64,000 nucleotides of DNA, taken from contig OZ255726.1 in the NCBI GenBank assembly GCA_965277405.1, positions 1,504,001-1,568,000 on the forward strand, given 5' to 3'. This stretch comes from Gammaproteobacteria bacterium. Lineage in GTDB: Bacteria > Pseudomonadota > Gammaproteobacteria > G965277405. Shown piece by piece: positions 22,045 through 29,858 of this stretch. The notes below the pieces were generated by a model that searched no databases, was not told the DNA's origin, and worked only from the letters and a program-made list of their open reading frames with translations. Position 1 is the stretch's first letter, and each line of letters starts with the position of its first letter. A program made the translations under genes and the position numbers.

Positions 22045-23658
22045 TTATTCAGCGCCCTCTGGGCTATCTTCATCAATACGGTCGATAAGCGCATTGGCAA
22101 CTTCTAGCAGTTTTTTTGAGTTAATACCATGATGCGTAGCTGTATACGAGATAAATAAGTTCTCATTGGCGCTAAAGCCGTTGCGCACATACCATGCTAT
22201 CGCTGCTTGATTGTCTTCTTTGCTATTGTGTTGGGGAAAATGTTCCCAAAGCAACACAGACCCTTTTGGCGTAATAACCGTGAAGGTTGGGTGCATTTCT
22301 CCAAGCGCATGAATCCCTGTTATTTTTCTTTCATATGTATAGGAAATACCAAGACTAAATAGTAAGTTTGCTATCACCAACTCAGATGCTCTGCGCACTT
22401 TATCACCAGCGAAAGTCGTGTGTATTAACTGCTCAGGATAAATTAAAGGAGTGTCAGGGGTAATAAAAGCTTGTTGGGTTTCGTCGTTAGGTAATTTATG
22501 CCTGAAGGCAGTGTTGACGTGCTCTTCTTCATTTTCTCTGTTCATTGCATCTGCTTGTGGTGATGGTGTAGCTAAATTTTCTGTATTGGTTTGGTGGTGC
22601 TGCAAAGGTTCTTTGCTGGTAAATAACTCAGTAGACACACCTGTATTGCTCTTTGCTGCTGGAGCTATTGTTGGTAATGATCCTGAGGCAGACGCGCTTG
22701 CAAAATCTTTTGTTGTGACATCAATTGCTGGGGCATTGCCCGAGGATGATGGGTTTGCAGTAGCTTGCAAATTGTTAGAATCTGTTGCTTTGTTGGCGTC
22801 ATTTTCTGTGTTACTTGTTGCTGCTGTTGCTGCTGTTGCTGCTGTATGGCCATTGTCAAAAATTGGCGTAATATCAATTGGTAAATCGTTGTGTTCGCTG
22901 TCGGCGTCTTTGGAAAATCGCAGTGGCTGCTCTGCCCCACTACTATAGTTGTGAGTTGGGGTTGTTGGTTGGTTTGGCTCAAGCGCAGACGTGTACATTG
23001 CATCATTGATTTCTGGAATATGATTGATCATTGCCGCAGCAACGTGTTTTTCATCGAATTGGAGTTTGACCTCGCCGCGAAGGCTAATAAAATAATCAGC
23101 AACGTCAGTGAGCAAGATTTTTTTGCCAAGTTCGTATGGCGTTAAACCATCATCGTTGCGTGCATTGACGAGCGCGCCAAGTTCAATCAACTCAGCAATA
23201 GCTGCTACAGAGTTATTCCATACCGCATAATGCAATGTGGACGATCCATCAGGTGTCCGCGAGTTGATAATGGCGCCAAATTTGATAAGCTCACGGATAC
23301 ATTGCACATTGTTATTCCATGCAGCAAGCGTCAGCGGCGTCAAACCTGTATCGTCTTTGATGTTTGGATTTGCTCCATTATTCAATAGCTTTGACGTAAC
23401 ATGTTTTGCATCAGCCCATACCGCACAATGCAATGGCGACACACCGTTTGCATTACAAATTTTGGTGTTGGCATTTGCAGTGAGCAATATGTCAGTTATT
23501 TCAGATAAATTTAGCTGGGAACTTAAATGGAGCGCGGTCCAATTATACGAATTTAATTCATCAATGTCTGTAGCTGCCTTATTTACAAGGGCTGCGACAC
23601 GGTCACTATCGTTCTGAATAACTGCTTGATGGAGTGAATAGTTTGGTTCTGCAATCAT
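22045..23658 (-). CDS. Ankyrin-repeat protein with low-complexity linker and C-terminal degenerate nuclease-like domain
   Basis: About 5 ANK repeats (WTALH, GVSPLH, GLTPLTLAA, GSSTLHYA, GLTP); start at ATG 23658 or TTG 23697. Confidence 0.85.
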   Translation of the reverse strand: MIAEPNYSLHQAVIQNDSDRVAALVNKAATDIDELNSYNWTALHLSSQLNLSEITDILLTANANTKICNANGVSPLHCAVWADAKHVTSKLLNNGANPNIKDDTGLTPLTLAAWNNNVQCIRELIKFGAIINSRTPDGSSTLHYAVWNNSVAAIAELIELGALVNARNDDGLTPYELGKKILLTDVADYFISLRGEVKLQFDEKHVAAAMINHIPEINDAMYTSALEPNQPTTPTHNYSSGAEQPLRFSKDADSEHNDLPIDITPIFDNGHTAATAATAATSNTENDANKATDSNNLQATANPSSSGNAPAIDVTTKDFASASASGSLPTIAPAAKSNTGVSTELFTSKEPLQHHQTNTENLATPSPQADAMNRENEEEHVNTAFRHKLPNDETQQAFITPDTPLIYPEQLIHTTFAGDKVRRASELVIANLLFSLGISYTYERKITGIHALGEMHPTFTVITPKGSVLLWEHFPQHNSKEDNQAAIAWYVRNGFSANENLFISYTATHHGINSKKLLEVANALIDRIDEDSPEGAE

Positions 23659-23794
23659 GTGAAATATCGTATAATAGTTAATACAGTGAGTGAACAAAAA
23701 TATCGTGTATGAGCCTTGGTATGCAACGATTCAGTAAATATCAATAATAACAGCGGTAAGCGGTGTATGCTAAATTATGCGGTGTTGGAATGTG

Positions 23795-23860
23795 CTTGTG
23801 CTATATAATGTACTTGTGCTATATCTTGTGCTATATCTTGTGCTATATCTTGTGCTATAT
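23795..23860. repeat. CTTGTGCTATAT x5 (four perfect tandem copies at 23813-23860 plus one at 23795-23806)
   Basis: Read directly. Confidence 0.95.
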
Positions 23861-23972
23861 AAAGTAGCGTAGGCTTACAATCAGTGCCTTTTGCTAGCAA
23901 ACGCGCGAATAGGATTTACTGCTGATTTGCTGTATTGGTTAGTTGGTCTAACTCACAGGTTGCACATACCAC

Positions 23973-24000
23973 TTGACATTGATACTGTAAAATTTAGATT
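23973..24000 (+). promoter_or_regulatory. Possible sigma70 promoter TTGACA-16 bp-TAGATT
   Basis: Perfect -35, 4/6 match at -10; motif match only. Confidence 0.3.
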
Positions 24001-24044
24001 TTTGTTATTATGCGGTTGCATCAGAGGCATCAGCAGTTCCCTAA

Positions 24045-25272
24045 GGAAGCTCTGATTAAGACGCTCATATACTCCAATAACTCGCATATACTCCAAAAAA
24101 ATAATAGCAATAATTTTCAATGGTCAATATTTGATCATTTCGCTGATCTTCGTGTTGCTGTTTTACTGTTTTTTACTGTTTTTTACTGTTTTTATTGTTT
24201 TTTACTGTTTTTCTTGAATTTTGGGCGGTTCTATCCTGTTAGTCGTCCTCGCAGCATGTATAAGTTCGTCAATGCAAGCAAAGAAAATACTTGTACTCGA
24301 TTCTTTTCTAGTCCTTTGTAGCGAGCTTTCTTATAACCAAACTGACATTTGATTACCCGAAAACAGTGCTCAATCCGGGCGCGCACCTTAGAGTTCTGTC
24401 TATTGCGTTTGCGCTGCGAGGTGCTCATTTGCTGCTTTGGTTTACGTTTATCATTCACGCGCCAATCTATCCCAAGGTGACGCGAGCCGCGTTTATAACT
24501 GTCGCTCGTATATCCTGCATCGGCAAAGATAACCTTATCTGTTTCACGCAGCAATTTGGGGAGTTCATTGATGTCAGCTTCATTCGCGGCTGTAACTGTC
24601 GCGCTATGAATCATATTACTATTAGCGTCAGTTCCTATATGAATCTTCATGCCAAAATACCACTGATTGCCTTTGCGGGTTTGATGCATTTCAGGATCCC
24701 GTTTTTTCTCTTTATTCTTCGTAGATGATGGCGCATTGATGGTCGTGGCATCAACCATTGTCCCTTGTGAGATTATTATATTATTTTCCATACAATACTC
24801 ATTCACGACAGCAAGTATCTTGACGCTGAGTTGATGTTTTTCTATGATCCTGCGGAAGTTCAAGATGGTGGTTTCATCAGGGATGGCATCGTCTATCAGC
24901 TCTATATGGGCAAAACGCCGCATGCTTTCCATGTCATATAGTGCTTCTTCTACCCCTGGGTCTGATAAGTTGTACCATTGCTGTAAAAAATAAATGCGTA
25001 ACATGGTCTGCATATTAATCGGTGGGCGGCCATTCCCTTTCTTGGGATAATGCGGTTCTATTAACTCTAACAACTGTTGCCATGGAGCTAATTTGTCCAT
25101 TAACTGCAAGAATTTTTCACGTTTTGTTGTTACTTTCTTGTGGTCGTATGCAGCACTGGCAAAAGTTGTTTGTTTCATAAGATTATCCGCTTATTCAAAT
25201 ATTCAAATAGATTCACCATTGTATATCTTTGTAGCTGATATTGCTGTTGTTTGGGACTTAATCAGAGATTCC
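24045..25272 (-). mobile_element. IS5-family insertion sequence, 1228 bp
   Basis: TIRs GGAAGCTCTGATTAAG (24045-24060) and CTTAATCAGAGATTCC (25257-25272), 15/16 match; flanked by YTAR tetranucleotides CTAA and TTAG; encodes a transposase. Confidence 0.95.
24231..25178 (-). CDS. IS5-family DDE transposase, apparently intact
   Basis: LSDP-EEALYD, PDETTIL-FR, VDAT-I-APSSTKN, RDPEM, FGMK-H-G-D, DAGY, R--IEH-F--IK-QFG. Confidence 0.97.
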   Translation of the reverse strand: MKQTTFASAAYDHKKVTTKREKFLQLMDKLAPWQQLLELIEPHYPKKGNGRPPINMQTMLRIYFLQQWYNLSDPGVEEALYDMESMRRFAHIELIDDAIPDETTILNFRRIIEKHQLSVKILAVVNEYCMENNIIISQGTMVDATTINAPSSTKNKEKKRDPEMHQTRKGNQWYFGMKIHIGTDANSNMIHSATVTAANEADINELPKLLRETDKVIFADAGYTSDSYKRGSRHLGIDWRVNDKRKPKQQMSTSQRKRNRQNSKVRARIEHCFRVIKCQFGYKKARYKGLEKNRVQVFSLLALTNLYMLRGRLTG

Positions 25273-25276
25273 TTAG

Positions 25277-25560
25277 GGAACCTCTGATTAAGTCGCTGAT
25301 GGAGCGAGTTTGATGGCAATTGCTGATGATTGCAAGGCGCATTCCGCAGGCGCATGCTGTAGCATATACGCCAAGGGATGCAACACAGCAAGTACCGCTA
25401 CCATCAAACCGTTGTATATTCAACAGAAGGACGGGAAAAAACGCTGCGCTAACGTCGTTGCAGCACTTAATAATACCACCAGTATTATCTGCGCACTGCG
25501 TCTAGTTATCATCAGCGTTTTTTCTCCGTCTCGCCCATCATGGACTTAATCAGAGCTTCC
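25277..25560 (+). mobile_element. MITE copy 1 (284 bp, IS5-type ends), directly abutting the IS
   Basis: Ends GGAACCTCTGATTAAG and CTTAATCAGAGCTTCC, followed by CTAA; interior similar to 27523-27817 (inverted) and 29246-29537. Confidence 0.92.
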
Positions 25561-25591
25561 CTAATTAACTCAACTACTAACACCATAAAAA

Positions 25592-25750
25592 ATGAATGTC
25601 AATTGTCCGAGTTGTAACGCCGTAGTTGAGTGGGACGAAAAAAACCACAACAGACCTTTTTGCAGTGAAAAATGCCACCTGTTGGATTTAGGAAAATGGG
25701 CGAATGACGAGCATGTTACCAGCACAGAAAACGATTTAAGCAACCTCTGA
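25592..25750 (+). CDS. yacG: DNA gyrase inhibitor YacG (52 aa; not in the ORF track)
   Basis: Translated by hand: MNVNCPSCNAVVEWDEKNHNRPFCSEKCHLLDLGKWANDEH...; CPxC...RPFCSxxC...DLGxWA signature. Confidence 0.93.
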   Translation: MNVNCPSCNAVVEWDEKNHNRPFCSEKCHLLDLGKWANDEHVTSTENDLSNL

Positions 25751-25841
25751 TTAATTCCATGATGGGCGAGACGGAGCAACAACAATGACGATCAGCAATT
25801 GCAGGCAAACGCGCTCCAGCAGCGAGTTAATCAGAGCTTCT
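25740..25841 (-). mobile_element. Internally deleted MITE relic (about 102 bp)
   Basis: Ends GCAACCTCTGATTAAT and GTTAATCAGAGCTTCT; subterminal TCCATGATGGGCGAGACGGAG and CTCCAGCAGCGAG resemble both ends of MITE copy 2. Confidence 0.82.
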
Positions 25842-25867
25842 ATAAGTAAGTACAAAGAATAACCCAG

Positions 25868-26674
25868 ATGGAAGCATGGAATAGTATCTGGTTATTGTAT
25901 TACGCTGGGTTGGGTTTATTCGTTGGCGTTATAGCTGGTCTGTTTGGTATAGGCGGAGGAGTTGTGCTGGTACCCATGCTGATAATGATGTTTAGCGCAC
26001 AGCAGTTTCCAGCGGAGCATGTCGTGCACATCGCGCTGGCAACGACGATGTCCACAATTATATTCACCTCAATTTCTAGTACAATCGCGCATCGACGTAG
26101 AAAATCTGTGCGTGCTAATATTGTGGTATCAATGTTACCAGGGCTAGTGTTGAGTACCCTGAGTGCAACATACGTCGTTCTATTGATCGACAGCAGGTAT
26201 TTAGCATGGTTTTTTGCAGTGTTTATTGGCTTTGTCGCTGTGGGGATGTGGCGCAACACCACAGCCAAACCGGGTCGCGTACTGCCTGGATTATTTGGCA
26301 TCAATGTTGCTAGTTTTGCAATCGGGACGGTGGCTTCATTAGTAGCTATTGGTGGGGGAGCTTTAATTGTACCGTACCTAATTTACAATAACATTGAGCA
26401 TAAGTCGGCGATTGGCACGTCTTCATCAATTGGTGTGCCGTTGGCAATATTGGCAACAATTGGCTACGGCTACCATGGCTGGGGTGAGGTTGATGGCTTC
26501 GGCTTGGCGGGACTTATATACCTGCCGGCCGCATTGATCATCGCGGTGGCGTCGATGTTGACCGCACCGATCGGTGCGAAACTCGCCCACGCCTTGCCAA
26601 CGGCGATGCTGGCAAGGTTGATGGCTATACTGCTTATTGGTTTGGCATGCAAAACAGTAATCTCACAAATCTAG
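25868..26674 (+). CDS. Sulfite exporter TauE/SafE (TSUP) family membrane protein
   Basis: GLFGIGGGVVLVP, A-ATT, IGGGALIVPYL, AIGTS; about 8 TMs. Confidence 0.92.
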   Translation: MEAWNSIWLLYYAGLGLFVGVIAGLFGIGGGVVLVPMLIMMFSAQQFPAEHVVHIALATTMSTIIFTSISSTIAHRRRKSVRANIVVSMLPGLVLSTLSATYVVLLIDSRYLAWFFAVFIGFVAVGMWRNTTAKPGRVLPGLFGINVASFAIGTVASLVAIGGGALIVPYLIYNNIEHKSAIGTSSSIGVPLAILATIGYGYHGWGEVDGFGLAGLIYLPAALIIAVASMLTAPIGAKLAHALPTAMLARLMAILLIGLACKTVISQI

Positions 26675-26707
26675 AACTTTTTAAGATTTCACCATACAAG
26701 GGAAGCT

Positions 26708-27571
26708 ATGTATCAAACACTTATCACCCCAGAGCAACTGCACAATATCCACGAAGACTGCGTTATATTCGATGTGAGTTACGATTTAACTACCCCTAAC
26801 CTTGGCCGTAGCCAATATGCAACCGAGCATATTGCTGGGGCGCAATACTTGGATTTGCGCGCAGATTTATCGGCAACAACTCCGCTGCAACACGCCTACC
26901 AAGGCGGTCGACATCCGCTGCCATTGCCGCAGGACTGGATTGCACTGCTGCAGTCGTATGGCGTGGATAACGATACACAACTGGTAGTGTATGACCGACA
27001 AAATACCATGTACGCCCCTAGATTGTGGTGGATGTGTCGTTGGGTAGGACACGCTAATATCGCCGTGCTCGATGGCGGACTACCAGCATGGAAAACTCTG
27101 TATCAAACCACTGCGGCTGGATCGCAGCTGCGGAGTTTGGGGACGATTGCGCTGCGGGCAACGACGCACGCCGTGCTTGACCGCGCACAAGTGCATGCGC
27201 GCCAACCAACAGATGTCTTGATTGATGCCAGATCAGCACATCGCTATCGTGGTGCTGAAGAAACCATCGATGCGCGGGCTGGACATATTCCAGGTGCGCT
27301 CAATCAACCATTTACCACGCTGTGGGAAGACGGAAAGCTGCGCGGCTGTGACGCAGTACACCGTGCATTTGACCGCTATATGGGTGCAACTAGCGTCATC
27401 CATTATTGTGGTTCAGGGGTTACTGCTGCGGTTAATATTTTAGCGATGCAGCACTGCATGCCAGATGTGGCAACGGCCTTATACGCAGGGTCATGGAGCG
27501 ACTGGAGCGCAACAATGCCTAAGGAAGCTCTGATTAAGTCCATGACGGGCGAGACGGAGAAAAAACGCTGA
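26708..27571 (+). CDS. sseA: Tandem-domain rhodanese / 3-mercaptopyruvate sulfurtransferase
   Basis: HI-GA, GRHPLP, LDGGL-AW, IDARS--RY, GHIPGA-N, YCGSGVTA active-site loop, LY-GSWSDW; last 15 aa come from a MITE. Confidence 0.9.
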   Translation: MYQTLITPEQLHNIHEDCVIFDVSYDLTTPNLGRSQYATEHIAGAQYLDLRADLSATTPLQHAYQGGRHPLPLPQDWIALLQSYGVDNDTQLVVYDRQNTMYAPRLWWMCRWVGHANIAVLDGGLPAWKTLYQTTAAGSQLRSLGTIALRATTHAVLDRAQVHARQPTDVLIDARSAHRYRGAEETIDARAGHIPGALNQPFTTLWEDGKLRGCDAVHRAFDRYMGATSVIHYCGSGVTAAVNILAMQHCMPDVATALYAGSWSDWSATMPKEALIKSMTGETEKKR

Positions 27572-27817
27572 TGATAACTAGACGCAGTGCGCAGATAATA
27601 CTGGTGGTCTTGTGGGTGTTGCCAAGTGCTGCAACGACGTTAGCGCAGCGTTTTTTCCCGTCCTTCTGTTGAATATACTTTGGGTTTGCTGCCATTGCTG
27701 CGCTTGCTGTGTTGCATCCCTTGGCGTATAGCTGGGCATGCGCTTAGCGGTTTGCGCCTTGCAATCATCAGCAATGGCAGGCAAACTCGCTCCATCAGCG
27801 ACTTAATCAGAGATTCC
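27523..27817 (-). mobile_element. MITE copy 2 (295 bp) with intact CTAA target-site duplication
   Basis: CTAA at 27519-27522, GGAAGCTCTGATTAAG ... CTTAATCAGAGATTCC, CTAA at 27818-27821; both TIRs identical to those of the IS. Confidence 0.95.
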
Positions 27818-27848
27818 CTAAGTAGACCTGTATTGAAAACGGTCAAGA

Positions 27849-29153
27849 TTATGCGAGTTCACCCCAAAATGAATTCGGTTTTGCTGTGATAATTTGCACG
27901 TCAACTATTTGTCCGATGAGTGTCATATCGTCACTGGCAAAATTTACAATTCTGTTATTTGTGGTGCGCCCTTGTAAATGGCTGAGGTTTTTTTTAGAAA
28001 AATCATTGACTAAAATTGACTGAGTGCTGCCTACCATTGCGCTGCTAATCGCAGCTGCTTGGGAGTTGAGGATGTTCTGGAGGTGTCTCAAGCGTTGTTT
28101 TTTGGTGGCGGCGCTGGTCGAATCTGCTAATAGTGCCGCGGGAGTACCGGGGCGTGGGCTGAAAATAAAACTGTATGAAATATCAAAGCCTATGCGTTCA
28201 ATCAGGTCGATGGTTTGCATGAATTCAGCTTCGCTTTCATTCGGAAAACCAACAATAAAGTCTGAAGACATCTGGATGTCAGGGCGTGCTTGACGAATAC
28301 GCTCGAGTAAATCTAAATATATTTCTCGCGTATAGCCGCGTTTCATCGCTTGTAGAATAGTATTCGAGCCGCTTTGTACGGGTAAATGCAGGTGACTCAC
28401 CAGTTTTGGGACATCTTTGTACACGTCGACAATGCGTTGCGACATTTCTTTTGGGTGTGAGGTTGTAAAGCGAATTCTTGCAATACCTGCAAGTAGCGCA
28501 ACTGCGCGGATGACATCGGCCATATCCGCGCCATCGTGGCGGTAGGCATTGACATTTTGTCCTAGCAAGTTGACTTCACGAACGCCTTGGTCTGCTAAAT
28601 GCTGCACTTCTTCAATAATGCTTGGCAGCGGGCGGCTGACTTCTTTGCCGCGGGTGTACGGCACCACACAGTAGCTACAAAACTTACTGCATCCTTCCAT
28701 AATTGATACAAAGCCACTCACCCCAGTCGCGTGTGGTTTTGGCAGGTTATCAAACTTTTCTATTTCGGGAAACGTGACGTCTACACAGGGGATTCCAGCA
28801 GATTGGCGCTTATATAACTCAGGGAGACGATGGATGGTTTGTGGTCCAAAAATAATGTCGACATACGGAGCGCGTTTTTTAATTGTGTCGCCATACTGGC
28901 TGGCAACGCAGCCACCAACTGCAATTGTGACATGTTTTCCTTTGGTGCGTTTGCGAATGCGCCCAAGTTCACTGAATACTTTTTCTTCTGCTTTTTCACG
29001 AATTGCGCAAGTGTTGAGGACAATAATATCCGCATCGTCGATTGAGTCTACTCGTTCAGAGACGATGTCTGTGCTAAGAGCATCTACGATTCTGTTTGAG
29101 TCGTAGACATTCATTTGGCAGCCGTATGTCTTAACGAATAGTTTTTTATTCAT
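27849..29153 (-). CDS. miaB: tRNA-2-methylthio-N6-dimethylallyladenosine synthase
   Basis: [30 protein letters not shown] radical-SAM motif, [19 protein letters not shown] domain. Confidence 0.98.
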   Translation of the reverse strand: MNKKLFVKTYGCQMNVYDSNRIVDALSTDIVSERVDSIDDADIIVLNTCAIREKAEEKVFSELGRIRKRTKGKHVTIAVGGCVASQYGDTIKKRAPYVDIIFGPQTIHRLPELYKRQSAGIPCVDVTFPEIEKFDNLPKPHATGVSGFVSIMEGCSKFCSYCVVPYTRGKEVSRPLPSIIEEVQHLADQGVREVNLLGQNVNAYRHDGADMADVIRAVALLAGIARIRFTTSHPKEMSQRIVDVYKDVPKLVSHLHLPVQSGSNTILQAMKRGYTREIYLDLLERIRQARPDIQMSSDFIVGFPNESEAEFMQTIDLIERIGFDISYSFIFSPRPGTPAALLADSTSAATKKQRLRHLQNILNSQAAAISSAMVGSTQSILVNDFSKKNLSHLQGRTTNNRIVNFASDDMTLIGQIVDVQIITAKPNSFWGELA

Positions 29154-29245
29154 ACATGTGATTTTGAACACTGATTATGAAAAAGATGTGGGGTTACTAA
29201 ACTGAGCGTACCATAGTAATGAAATAGTATCAAAATGAAGCATTG

Positions 29246-29537
29246 GCAAGTTCTGATTAACTCGTTGATGGAGCGAGTTTGATGGCAATTGCTGATGATT
29301 GCAAGGCGCAAACCGCTGAGCGCATCACCTAGCTATACGCCAAGGGATGCAATACAGCAAGTACCGCTGCAGAAAACCCAAAGTATATGCAACACAACGA
29401 CGGGAAAAAACGCTGTGCACCGTCGTTGCAGCAGTTGGTAATACCCAGAAGACCCACCAGTATTGGCTGCGCACTGCGCTATAAGTGTCAGCAGCGTTTT
29501 TTCCGTGTCGCCCATCATGGCATTAATCAGAGCTATC
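29246..29537 (+). mobile_element. MITE copy 3, degenerate (about 292 bp)
   Basis: Both TIRs match 13/16; interior GATGGAGCGAGTTTGATGGCAATTGCTGATGATTGCAAGGCGCA is shared with copy 1; no recognisable TSD. Confidence 0.88.
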
Positions 29538-29858
29538 TATAGCCGTGACAACTGTAACTAAGTTAAAAACAATAGAGAACTCATATTATCGACACAATCA
29601 CCGCAGATAAGATAATTATATTGAATGAAGGCAATCAATAAAAATTGTTTATTACACAAAAACCAAACCGCTATGCTTGCTTTATGTTGGGGTTATTGGT
29701 TACTATGGGCGTTGAATTTATTTCATAATGCTTACGGGCACGCTAGAACACCAATATCAATACTGAAGCAGCGTTGCAACAAAATAACATGCAATAGCAC
29801 CAGGTATTGCTGCCGAAAAAAACATTATTGTAAGCAGTCATTCCAACAGGAAATATTC

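Noticed and set aside
23796-23824. Resemblance to a dif site (ATAA-TGTAC-TTGTGCTATAT)
   Set aside because: Spacer is 5 bp instead of 6, the XerD arm matches only 8/11, the XerC arm is poor, and the tandem repeat explains the sequence
23795-23860. CRISPR array
   Set aside because: 12-bp units without unique spacers, and no cas genes in the window
25203-29518. Short similar ORFs (25310-25549, 25320-25505, 27578-27784, 27640-27846, 29333-29518) as a small-protein family
   Set aside because: They are chance frames within the MITE copies, and the frames are not preserved between copies
29625-29858. 78-aa N-terminal extension of giant ORF A as given in the track
   Set aside because: Cys/Lys-rich and unlike the rest of the protein; ATG 29859 has an SD-like AGGA and puts the lipobox at residue 26
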